From: an uncultured Bacteroidales bacterium
Lineage (GTDB): Bacteria; Bacteroidota; Bacteroidia; Bacteroidales; UBA10428
Direction of reading: 5' to 3'
Length of the DNA: 46,500 nt
Assembly (NCBI GenBank): GCA_964580815.1
Contig: CAZOLY010000002.1
Coordinates: 1-46,500, forward strand
Shown here: positions 19,418 to 27,828 of the stretch, one piece after another
How the letters are laid out: each line of letters starts with the position of its first letter
Numbering within the stretch: the first letter of the stretch is position 1
The notes under the pieces: model-generated
The model's input: only the letters and a program-made list of their open reading frames with translations
The model's database searches: none
Told to the model about the DNA's origin: nothing
Made by a program: the position numbers and the translations under genes

Positions 19418-20055
19418 CACTTGCTAAAGATGCAAGAATCTCAAAGCTGCAATGGTTATGGAATAAGGTGCGCTACGGCCTTGTCCTGCAAGTATTTAGA
19501 AATATCTTGTCGCGCATAGGAATGGAATTCAGGCCCTACTATTGGGTCCAGGAGGGATTAACCAATAATGGTCCGCCTTTAATTGAGGGAGACAAAGCAG
19601 ATTATACACTTGAGTTTCTCGGTCGCGATGATATGATAATAATTGGTACAAGAGCAGACGGGTACAATACCGGGATATTACTTGAAAATCTAAAAGAAGG
19701 GAAAAAATGTATCAGTTTAAAATATAAGGGAGAAATTGCAGCCTTTATGTGGATTGATTTTGATGTTTGTAATTTCACACCCCATTTTATAAGGCTTAAG
19801 AACAATGAAGCATACCTGTTCAGTATGTATACCATGCACGAGTTCAGAGGTAAGAACCTGGCACCTTACTTGCGTTACAAAAGTTATGAGTGCCTGAGAA
19901 AGCTTGGAAAAGATACCTTTTATAGTGTAAGCGAATATTTTAATTACTCTACATTGAAATTTAAGAAAAAACTTAATGCCAAAAACCTGAAGCTTATCTT
20001 GTATATTGAATTATTCAAAAAATTTCGCCGCAGCATAACCCTGAGAAAGTTCTAA
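19414..20055 (+). CDS. GNAT-fold N-acetyltransferase-like protein
   Basis: Acetyl-CoA motif A-like MYTMHEFRGKNLAPYLRYKSYECLRKLG. The ATG overlaps the BKACE stop (ATGA), which implies translational coupling. Confidence 0.55.
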   Translation: MTLAKDARISKLQWLWNKVRYGLVLQVFRNILSRIGMEFRPYYWVQEGLTNNGPPLIEGDKADYTLEFLGRDDMIIIGTRADGYNTGILLENLKEGKKCISLKYKGEIAAFMWIDFDVCNFTPHFIRLKNNEAYLFSMYTMHEFRGKNLAPYLRYKSYECLRKLGKDTFYSVSEYFNYSTLKFKKKLNAKNLKLILYIELFKKFRRSITLRKF

Positions 20056-22133
20056 AATTTGACTCTTAGCTGAAACTTTATTTCCGATTTTATATTGCCG
20101 TCAATCTCATTTAAACCTGTGCCTGTGATGTCTCTCCCGGCATAAGTAGTACGTGTATATTTCATCCATATGTCAGCATGACGTGAAACAGAGTATTTTA
20201 ACATTACATAAGTCCGTACCCCCCTGAAATAAAGCGCCGGAATTGAATATGCATAAAGCAGATCATTCTCATATGCATAAATCCTTGAGTAATAACTGTC
20301 GGTATCAAACAATGCATATCTGAAATATATTGTAAGAGGTAGTTTCTTTGTACTATAAATCAAGTCCTGGTACAGCAAATACCCGTTATCAGGAGATTCA
20401 TTTCCCCTGTTAATCCTGTTCAGTTCTACCCTGTTCCTTAGTTGAAAATTACTGCTTAATGAATAAGACATATGAATCCTTATTTTAAAGTTATTCACCT
20501 CAAAAGGTTTTACAATCAATGTATCTTCTTCATTGTTGTTTTCATATTTCCGTTCGTAATTTATTCTGAGATACGATTCAAAATTATTCCCGGCGGTATA
20601 ATCGAGCCTGAAGAAAAAGTCCGTTCCCATAGAAGGAGCACTGACATTATACTTAAGCCAGGGGAACTTGTATATATCGGAGTAGGCTGATATTTTCCAG
20701 TACCTGAAGGGTTGAATTTCCGTTCCCACATAAAATCCGTTTTCATTTGCATCATATGAATTTTCAGACAGGGCATTGCCATAGTGTGTAAAGAAATCTT
20801 TCTGGTATGAGCGGTAAAAGGCCGAGAATGATACCAGGTTGTTTACAAAAACAACAGCACCGTTTATTGTGCCCAGGGCACTATTTCCTGAGGTAGCCTC
20901 CCCAAAGAGGCTTATATTCTTAATGTTTGCCTGGTAATCAATCCCTATATTAGTAACCTGTGAACCACTAAAGTCAAATTTATTATATACCCGTTCCGAT
21001 TCCCGCAGTTCCCCCCCAAACTCATAATGCACAAAGGTTGTCCCAAGTGACCAGTAGTCTCTTCTGAAAGTAATATTGGCGCCATATGCCGATTCCTTTA
21101 TAACTTTCTCATCATAGTTTTCATAGGGTGTTCTGTGATATCCCGTATTTTGAAAAGTTGAAAATTCGTAAAAACCCGGTCTTATAGTATCGATAATATT
21201 GGCATCCCTTTTTTTACGTGAGTAGAATAAGGTAATATCAAAGCTTCCTGCAGATAAAGTAGTTGCGGCTCCCCTGAAAAAAATATTTTCATCTGCTGAC
21301 ACATAGGATTTAATACCTTCCGCCCTTTTTTTAATATTCAGGACATATGCAGATTTACCTGACGCCAGTCCGCTCCATAAAGTCAATCCCTGTCCGAACT
21401 GCAAATGATAGTTCCCAATCTGTATCTTTTTAAAAACACCTGTATTATTGATCTGAAGATGTGCCGAGCAGAAATCAAAGTTGCTCTTATTATAACCCTT
21501 AAAAAATTCTTCACCCGCATCTTTTTCAGCAGTCAGGCCAAAATAGATCCTGTTTTTAAGATTGTATTTATACCTCACATACAACTTGTACGGATCCCCC
21601 AGGTACCTGTTTGTATGCGGATTAATTTGCAGTATTGAATCACTGACAGGCAAATAACCCTTTTGTTGTTCCAATACACGCTGTGTCCTCAATATTATGT
21701 CATGCTGTCCGTATTTATATGCATCTTTAAGCATAACAGGTCCGCTGGTTTTAACAGGTTCCAGAGAAATAAGGGGTGCCAGAAATTTTACTTCTTTCTG
21801 TGAAAATCCATATATATATGGTAATTCATAGATACTTACTATGGCTCCGTTTCCCTTGATATAATCCAGCAGGCACTGTATCTGAAAATCACTTAAAATA
21901 TATAGCTTCTTTAACTGGTCATAACTTGCAGCATTTAAGTTTATGGGATTCTCATAGTAATAATATAAATCATCAAAGAGGGTCGAATAATCGATCTGCA
22001 GATCCGTTTCTGAATAGATAGCTTCTGCCAGATCTTCCATGGATTCGTATTTCTCAAATGTCTGGTCTTGTGCCCCTGAGCTGGCAACGGTTATCAGGTA
22101 AATAACAAAAATTACAAAATAACGATAATACAT
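20052..22133 (-). CDS. Helix-hairpin-helix (ComEA-like) domain protein fused to a large predicted outer-membrane beta-barrel
   Basis: Signal peptide. HhH-like segments NLNAASYDQLKKLYILSDFQIQCLLDYIKGNGAIVSIYEL and GFSQKEVKFLAPLI (about nt 21758..21956). About 550 aa of alternating aromatic/polar beta-strand pattern follows, ending ...KFQLRVKF (terminal Phe). Confidence 0.6.
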   Translation of the reverse strand: MYYRYFVIFVIYLITVASSGAQDQTFEKYESMEDLAEAIYSETDLQIDYSTLFDDLYYYYENPINLNAASYDQLKKLYILSDFQIQCLLDYIKGNGAIVSIYELPYIYGFSQKEVKFLAPLISLEPVKTSGPVMLKDAYKYGQHDIILRTQRVLEQQKGYLPVSDSILQINPHTNRYLGDPYKLYVRYKYNLKNRIYFGLTAEKDAGEEFFKGYNKSNFDFCSAHLQINNTGVFKKIQIGNYHLQFGQGLTLWSGLASGKSAYVLNIKKRAEGIKSYVSADENIFFRGAATTLSAGSFDITLFYSRKKRDANIIDTIRPGFYEFSTFQNTGYHRTPYENYDEKVIKESAYGANITFRRDYWSLGTTFVHYEFGGELRESERVYNKFDFSGSQVTNIGIDYQANIKNISLFGEATSGNSALGTINGAVVFVNNLVSFSAFYRSYQKDFFTHYGNALSENSYDANENGFYVGTEIQPFRYWKISAYSDIYKFPWLKYNVSAPSMGTDFFFRLDYTAGNNFESYLRINYERKYENNNEEDTLIVKPFEVNNFKIRIHMSYSLSSNFQLRNRVELNRINRGNESPDNGYLLYQDLIYSTKKLPLTIYFRYALFDTDSYYSRIYAYENDLLYAYSIPALYFRGVRTYVMLKYSVSRHADIWMKYTRTTYAGRDITGTGLNEIDGNIKSEIKFQLRVKF

Positions 22134-22152
22134 AAAGTTTTAACAGTTTTTT

Positions 22153-22977
22153 CTACCCGAATGAATAACTTAACGATACATGTGGAGTATATCCAAGTAT
22201 CTGGTGCTGAGAGAAAGCAAAATCAGCATTAACTCCTTTATAAACAAAACCTACACCAAATGAATAGCTTGATATTTCAGATGTGGATAACCCAAATCGT
22301 GCATAAATGCTCTTAATTAAATGATATTCAACACCGCACTGAAAGATAGCTTTCCGCTCTATATCTTTTTCAGTCTCAATAACGATAAGCAGCTTCTCTG
22401 TAAAATAATATCCTGCTCCCACCTGGAATATTGTGGGTACTGCCTCAGCCTCAAATGTATGGTATGAAGACATTGTCGGATTATAAACATGGGCTCCTAT
22501 AAGCAAGTCCTCGACGGGTTCGGCCAGTATGCCTGCCTCAACGGCCAGGGTAGTCCTGTTCCCATAATCTTCTGCCTGATGGATATTAAGTAAATCCAAT
22601 TGTATTCCTGCAGCAAATTTTTTTCCGAAAGGTTTTCCAAAAGCCAGGGATATTTTGCTTTCATTATATTTTGAATACCCGAAAAAAGAAATGCTTGCAC
22701 CTATTGTACCTTTATTGACAGGAATTGCGAGTGCCAAAGCATGTAATCCGTACTCGGATACAACATATTTATTTTCATAATGAAAGCCCAGGGTAAGATC
22801 TTCAATCTTCGCCAGTCCGGCCTGGTTATGGTAATTCGACCATAAGTCAGCCAGTACGACACCCGAGTTTGCCAGTCCGGATGCTCTTGCTCCGCAAGGA
22901 TAATTATCATTGGCAGCATAGGTAAACGGACAAATAAATAGTATAGCATAAATACTAACTGTCAACCTTATAATCAT
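22153..22977 (-). CDS. PorV/PorQ-family (FadL-like) outer-membrane beta-barrel protein
   Basis: Signal peptide MIIRLTVSIYAILFICPFTYA. N-terminal GARASGLANSGVVLADLWSNYHNQAGLA resembles the PorV/PorQ family signature. The beta-barrel pattern ends in ...VSLSYSFG. I set the start to ATG 22975..22977 because the listed longer ORF runs through purE in another frame. Confidence 0.5.
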   Translation of the reverse strand: MIIRLTVSIYAILFICPFTYAANDNYPCGARASGLANSGVVLADLWSNYHNQAGLAKIEDLTLGFHYENKYVVSEYGLHALALAIPVNKGTIGASISFFGYSKYNESKISLAFGKPFGKKFAAGIQLDLLNIHQAEDYGNRTTLAVEAGILAEPVEDLLIGAHVYNPTMSSYHTFEAEAVPTIFQVGAGYYFTEKLLIVIETEKDIERKAIFQCGVEYHLIKSIYARFGLSTSEISSYSFGVGFVYKGVNADFAFSQHQILGYTPHVSLSYSFG

Positions 22978-23464
22978 ACCTAACTTTTGAAAGTTCCTGA
23001 TTTGCCCCGGTAATTTTATCCTTAAGATTCTGTCTGAAATCGATAAGTTTTTCTGCAATTTTTTTGTCAGACAAGCCAAGAATCTGGCAAGCAAGAATCC
23101 CTGCATTCTGGGCAGCATTAATACCAACTGTTGCGACCGGTATACCGGGAGGCATCTGTACAATTGACAATAATGCATCCATACCACGGAGAGACGTATC
23201 TATAGGAACACCTATTACGGGTATGCTGGTCATTGAAGCAATAACACCCGGCAAATGAGCTGCCATTCCTGCCCCGGCAATTATTATCTTTATACCCCTC
23301 GATTCAGCATTCCTTGCAAATTTTTCAACATCTCCGGGGGTTCTGTGTGCAGAAAGGGCATTCATTTCAAAATATATTTTAAAATTATTTAGAATTTCCG
23401 CAGCTTTTTCCATCACCGGCAGATCAGACGTGCTGCCCATAATTATGCTAACTTGTGGTTTCAT
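22955..23464 (-). CDS. purE: 5-(carboxyamino)imidazole ribonucleotide mutase
   Basis: VSIIMGSTSDLPVM, LSAHRTP, IIAGAGMAAHLPGV, PVIGVP and QMPPGIPVATV are all classic PurE motifs. Confidence 0.95.
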   Translation of the reverse strand: MKPQVSIIMGSTSDLPVMEKAAEILNNFKIYFEMNALSAHRTPGDVEKFARNAESRGIKIIIAGAGMAAHLPGVIASMTSIPVIGVPIDTSLRGMDALLSIVQMPPGIPVATVGINAAQNAGILACQILGLSDKKIAEKLIDFRQNLKDKITGANQELSKVRYDYKVDS

Positions 23465-23586
23465 TGATATTTAATTTCTTAATTTTATATAAATATAAAA
23501 ATAATAATTATTGTAAGTTACGAACTTATAACTTATTAACCCTGGAATTTGTATTTTCGCAATATATAAAAATTCCGGCCAAATCA

Positions 23587-24126
23587 ATGGATAAAATAAG
23601 GATAGTTGACAAAGAATTCAGGCTACTGGTAAGCTCCGCCAAAATCCGGGAATCGGTAATTCGTATGGCAGATCAGATGAGTAAGGATTTACATGGCAGG
23701 AACGTAATTTTTCTGGGAATTCTTAACGGGGCTTTTATGTTCGTATCTGACTTAATAAGGAGAATAGATTTCGAATGCCAGATATCATTTTTAAAACTTG
23801 CAACCTATGAGGGCTCTTCCTCATCAGGTAGTATAAAAAGACTTATAGGTCTCGATGAAGATATTTCAGACAAGACGGTGGTTATTCTTGAAGATATCAT
23901 AGACACCGGTTTTACCATTGACAACATACTTAAACAACTTAAAGGTTATGGGCCCGGAGACATTAAAATTGCAGCTCTTCTTTTTAAACCGGGCAGCTTT
24001 GACAGGGATAGCAAACCCCATTACATTGGAATAGAAATACCGGATAATTTTGTCGCAGGTTATGGATTAGACTATAAAGGATATGGAAGGAACCTGAAAG
24101 ATATCTATGTCATGACTGACGATTAA
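23587..24126 (+). CDS. hpt: Hypoxanthine(-guanine) phosphoribosyltransferase
   Basis: PRPP-binding motif VVILEDIIDTGFT, plus LLFKP and GYGLDY. I set the start to ATG 23587 because the listed 23455 is a GTG that overlaps the purE start region. Confidence 0.9.
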   Translation: MDKIRIVDKEFRLLVSSAKIRESVIRMADQMSKDLHGRNVIFLGILNGAFMFVSDLIRRIDFECQISFLKLATYEGSSSSGSIKRLIGLDEDISDKTVVILEDIIDTGFTIDNILKQLKGYGPGDIKIAALLFKPGSFDRDSKPHYIGIEIPDNFVAGYGLDYKGYGRNLKDIYVMTDD

Positions 24127-24159
24127 TAATTGTATAACCCTTTAAATATTTATTATCCT

Positions 24160-24732
24160 ATGCTGAACATCGTATTATTCGGGCCTCCAGGTGCAGGGAA
24201 AGGAACCCAGGCAGAAAAAATTATTGAAAAGTATGATCTTATACATCTTTCGACAGGTGATATTTTGAGAAGTGAGCTGGCTGGTAAAACTAAACTGGGA
24301 CTTCAGGCTAAAAAGTATATGGACAAAGGAGAGCTCGTTTCCGACAAGGTAGTCATTGGCATGATTGAGACAAAAATTGATCAGAATCCCGATGCCAATG
24401 GATTTATCTTTGATGGTTTTCCCAGGACAACGGCCCAGGCAAAAGCACTTGACGAACTTATGTCAAAAAAGGCAATACGCATAAAAGCTATGATAATGCT
24501 TTCTGTCGACCATGAAGAGTTAGTCAGCCGGCTTCTGAACAGGGGTAAAATTGCAGGAAGAAGTGATGACCGGGATATATCAATAATAGAAAACAGGATT
24601 AAAGTATATAATACCGAAACCGCCCCCCTGATAGACTACTATAATGAGCAGGGTAAATACCGTTATGTCAGCGGTATGGGCACTATAGAAAAAATTTTTG
24701 AAAGGATTTGCGAGACCATTAGCGATCTTTAG
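24160..24732 (+). CDS. adk: Adenylate kinase (short-LID type)
   Basis: P-loop LFGPPGAGKGTQ, plus LSTGDILR, FDGFPRT and GRSDDR. I used ATG 24160 because the listed 24130 is a TTG. Confidence 0.95.
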   Translation: MLNIVLFGPPGAGKGTQAEKIIEKYDLIHLSTGDILRSELAGKTKLGLQAKKYMDKGELVSDKVVIGMIETKIDQNPDANGFIFDGFPRTTAQAKALDELMSKKAIRIKAMIMLSVDHEELVSRLLNRGKIAGRSDDRDISIIENRIKVYNTETAPLIDYYNEQGKYRYVSGMGTIEKIFERICETISDL

Positions 24733-24759
24733 TCTTCATAACTGCATATTCGGCAAAAC

Positions 24760-25749
24760 ATGTCAGAATCAGGCTTTGTAGATTTCATAAAAATATTCTG
24801 CCGTTCAGGCAAGGGCGGTGCTGGTTCAGTGCATCTGCACCGCGACAAATTTACTTCCAGGGGAGGGCCTGACGGTGGCAACGGAGGCAGGGGCGGACAC
24901 ATAATTATCAGGGGCAACAGCCACCTGTGGACATTTCTGCACCTTCGGTATAAGAAGCACATATTTGCCGGGAACGGACAGAGCGGTTCAAAAGCTCTAA
25001 AGACAGGTGCTGACGGTAAAGACAGTATCATCGAGGTCCCTCTGGGCACGGTAGCCAAAAATGCAGAGACCAATGAAATACTTTTTGAGATTATCAGGCA
25101 TAACGAGTCACATATCATGGTTAAAGGCGGAAGAGGAGGATTAGGCAACACTCATTTCAAGTCAGCAACGAATCAGACTCCCAGATATGCACAACCCGGG
25201 GAACCGTTAATTGAAGGGTGGTACATACTGGAACTTAAAATTCTGGCCGATGTCGGTCTTGTCGGATTCCCTAACGCGGGGAAATCTACTCTTCTGTCAG
25301 TGATCTCCGCCGCAAAACCTAAAATCGCCGACTACCCCTTCACCACTCTTACACCAAACCTGGGCATTGTATCATATAAAGACAACAAATCATTTGTTAT
25401 GGCAGATATACCGGGCATCATTGAAGGGGCCAGCGAAGGAAAAGGACTGGGACTAAGATTCCTGCGCCATATCGAACGTAACAGCACCTTGCTATTTATG
25501 GTCCCTGCTGACAGTAACGATGTTCACAGTGAATACAAAATTCTGATTAACGAGCTGAAGAAATATAATCCCGAGCTGCTTGATAAAAAAAGAATACTGG
25601 CAATAACAAAATCAGACCTAACAGATGATGAACTTATGGAGGATATTAGAAAGGACCTGCCGGCGATACCTTATGTTTTCATATCGTCGGTTACCATGTA
25701 CAACATAGGCAAGCTGAAAGATCTTCTCTGGAGAGAGCTGACACGCTGA
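24760..25749 (+). CDS. obg: GTPase Obg/CgtA
   Basis: Glycine-rich Obg fold ([27 protein letters not shown]). G motifs: GFPNAGKST (G1), [10 protein letters not shown] (G3) and TKSD (G4). Confidence 0.95.
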   Translation: MSESGFVDFIKIFCRSGKGGAGSVHLHRDKFTSRGGPDGGNGGRGGHIIIRGNSHLWTFLHLRYKKHIFAGNGQSGSKALKTGADGKDSIIEVPLGTVAKNAETNEILFEIIRHNESHIMVKGGRGGLGNTHFKSATNQTPRYAQPGEPLIEGWYILELKILADVGLVGFPNAGKSTLLSVISAAKPKIADYPFTTLTPNLGIVSYKDNKSFVMADIPGIIEGASEGKGLGLRFLRHIERNSTLLFMVPADSNDVHSEYKILINELKKYNPELLDKKRILAITKSDLTDDELMEDIRKDLPAIPYVFISSVTMYNIGKLKDLLWRELTR

Positions 25750-25783
25750 TTATGTTAATTTCTGATGAAAAATTACCAAATGC

Positions 25784-26710
25784 CTATTTTGATAAAATCA
25801 TCCTCCTTGTGATAGTTTCATCATTTATTTTCAGAGTGCAGAAATAGACATTATTGGCAAGATCAGAACCATCAAACTGTATATTGTATGTACCTTTTGA
25901 CATCTTCTCATTGACAAGTACAGCTATCTCCTCACCAAGAATATTATAAACTGTCAGTCTTACATCACATTTTTCGGGTACAGTGTAAGTGATTGTAGTA
26001 CTTTCACCAAAAGGATTAGGATAATTATATAATAATGCCGTACTACCGTTAATACCAGCTTCAATGTTCCTTGCCCCGCTTTCTTCATATTCAACAAGGC
26101 TGAATTCGTCTATAAGCACATCAAATTCACGGGGATCCTGTCCGTTATCCCACATACCGGTCAAAACCAACAGGTGAAATGTTACATCACCTTCAAGTGT
26201 ATCCGATACAGTATACAGGGGTCCGTCATACTTGCAGTAGTCATCCTGGAAGGTGCCGTCAAGACCGGGACCACAGCCGTCCCACGTATTTATTCCAACA
26301 ATATAGTCTATATTATTGCTGTCGGGATGCTCAAGTGATATTCCTACCTCACACCAGAAATTATAGACATTGTCGGGGGAAATATCCTTGAAAGCCCCTG
26401 TGAACATGTAGGTTTTTCCTGCAGTAAGCAATACTTCCTGGAAGCAATATGAGTCAATCTGTGCATCCACACCTCCCGGCTCCATGTAACCCTGGATACG
26501 AAGACATCCACCGCTGCCTGCTGACGGTACATCGCCTGTATAGTTGAATGTGTAGTCCGGTTCCTCCGTGGGTTCGCCCTTGTTGGTGATGGTCCATGCT
26601 CCCCCATCCTCCATGTTGCCACCGGTGACTTTTTCCTGCCCCTGAACATTCTTAGCCAGGAACAGATAAACAAGCATAATTGATGCTAAGAAGAGTACAC
26701 TTTTTTTCAT
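25784..26710 (-). CDS. Secreted carbohydrate-binding-module-like protein with T9SS C-terminal sorting domain
   Basis: Signal peptide. GGNMEDGGAWTI... is a CBM4/9/22-style jelly-roll opening. The tail YPNPFGESTTITYTVPEKCDVRLTVYNILGEEIAVLVNEK...VYFCTLKIND is a T9SS CTD. Confidence 0.65.
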   Translation of the reverse strand: MKKSVLFLASIMLVYLFLAKNVQGQEKVTGGNMEDGGAWTITNKGEPTEEPDYTFNYTGDVPSAGSGGCLRIQGYMEPGGVDAQIDSYCFQEVLLTAGKTYMFTGAFKDISPDNVYNFWCEVGISLEHPDSNNIDYIVGINTWDGCGPGLDGTFQDDYCKYDGPLYTVSDTLEGDVTFHLLVLTGMWDNGQDPREFDVLIDEFSLVEYEESGARNIEAGINGSTALLYNYPNPFGESTTITYTVPEKCDVRLTVYNILGEEIAVLVNEKMSKGTYNIQFDGSDLANNVYFCTLKINDETITRRMILSK

Positions 26711-26748
26711 AATTGACAGATTTAGGTTAGAATTTTATTGTCTTTTTA

Positions 26749-26756
26749 TACTTTTG
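26749..26756 (+). promoter_or_regulatory. Candidate -7 promoter box TActTTTG for the AraC-family gene
   Basis: Exact TAnnTTTG match 105 nt upstream of ATG 26861. It forms the left arm of a 9-nt inverted repeat with the box at 26783..26791. Confidence 0.35.
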
Positions 26757-26782
26757 CACAACAGAGAATACTATTTTATTAC

Positions 26783-26790
26783 ACAAAAGT
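26783..26790 (-). promoter_or_regulatory. Candidate -7 promoter box TActTTTG (minus strand) for the CBM-like T9SS gene
   Basis: The plus strand reads CAAAAGTA, which is TACTTTTG on the minus strand. It lies about 73 nt upstream of start 26710. Confidence 0.35.
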
Positions 26791-26860
26791 ATATTAAGCA
26801 GTTGTTTAAATAAATGCAAAATAACATCAGTTTTGTGTATTATTCTAACATTGAAATTTC

Positions 26861-27760
26861 ATGAAGTATTACTCAGTACCACCGCAGGGTGATCCCTCAG
26901 GTATCGTCCAGCAGTTCTTAAGACTGAATATTAAAATCATATGCTGCAGGTACTGGTGGCTCAGGCACTGGGAAAGTACTAATATGGCATTCCCTTACTG
27001 GCGCCTTTACTGGAATAAAAACGAGGGAGCCTCAGTCTCCTTTAAGGGGAAGAAATATGATTTAAGTCCGGATTACATCTATTTAATCTCCCCCCAGACC
27101 CCGTTTTCAAGCAGGATAGATGATATCAGGGAGAGTGATACCGAATACCTGTTGCATGGTGACAGGATAAGAAGCAATGATTCTGAAGAGATGCTCATCT
27201 CAAAAAAGCTGGTATTGCACCTGTATATACATTTCAACCTTGGAATGCCGTTTGATGCTATTCCTCCGAGTATATATGCTGCCAAAGTCAGTGAAGAGAT
27301 GCAAAAAAGGATTGAGAGGATAATAAAATTCCTGCCCGGAGAATTTGAAAAATATTCATTTCAGCATAACCTTGATGCATATACTCTTATTTCAGAGGCA
27401 CTTTCAGGGATACCCGATACTCTCTGGAAGCTGGTATCTTCTGACATGCGTATTCTGTCAGTATTAAACCTGATAGAGGAAAACCTTGAGAAAAAACTTG
27501 CCAATCCGATACTTGCAGGTTATGTAAATATGGCAATCAACAGTTTTATAAGGCTTTTCAGGAATGAAATAAAGATATCACCGCAGCGATACATAAACAG
27601 GAAGAGAATTGAAAAAGCCAGTGTCCTTCTGCAGCATACAAACGAGAGTATTGAGTCGGTTGCTGCACAATGCGGCTTCTGTGACCGCTATTATTTTTCA
27701 AAGAATTTCAAATCCCAGATGAATTATTCCCCCGGCGCTTTCAGAAAAAAGTTTAAATAA
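26861..27760 (+). CDS. AraC-family transcriptional regulator
   Basis: C-terminal double HTH: LAGYVNMAINSFIRLFRNEIKISPQRYINRKRIEKASVLLQHTNESIESVAAQCGFCDRYYFSKNFKSQMNYSPGAFR. Confidence 0.85.
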   Translation: MKYYSVPPQGDPSGIVQQFLRLNIKIICCRYWWLRHWESTNMAFPYWRLYWNKNEGASVSFKGKKYDLSPDYIYLISPQTPFSSRIDDIRESDTEYLLHGDRIRSNDSEEMLISKKLVLHLYIHFNLGMPFDAIPPSIYAAKVSEEMQKRIERIIKFLPGEFEKYSFQHNLDAYTLISEALSGIPDTLWKLVSSDMRILSVLNLIEENLEKKLANPILAGYVNMAINSFIRLFRNEIKISPQRYINRKRIEKASVLLQHTNESIESVAAQCGFCDRYYFSKNFKSQMNYSPGAFRKKFK

Positions 27761-27828
27761 TCTTATATTTCGCTAACATCTTACTCCTTCCTATACTTAC
27801 TCAGGGAATCTCAGAAATCGAATTGCAT

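Noticed and set aside
20052-20055. 4-nt 3'-end overlap (CTAA) of the convergent GNAT-like and HhH-barrel genes
   Set aside because: The overlap is real, but it is a common consequence of compact genomes. It simply means no intergenic terminator exists, so I do not consider it a feature in itself.
22978-23187. N-terminal 70-aa extension of the listed ORF 22153..23187
   Set aside because: The extension runs through purE in another frame and has no signal-peptide character. The internal ATG at 22977 gives a clean signal peptide, so I shortened the gene.
23465-23586. Possible purine riboswitch between purE and hpt
   Set aside because: The region is extremely AT-rich. It lacks the conserved three-way-junction core and the loop-loop motifs of purine riboswitches. 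Only a simple inverted repeat is visible.
24729-25151. 140-aa Pro-rich ORF on the minus strand
   Set aside because: It is entirely antisense to the glycine-rich N-terminal domain of obg, where GGN codons read as NCC (Pro) on the opposite strand. The sense gene is unambiguous.
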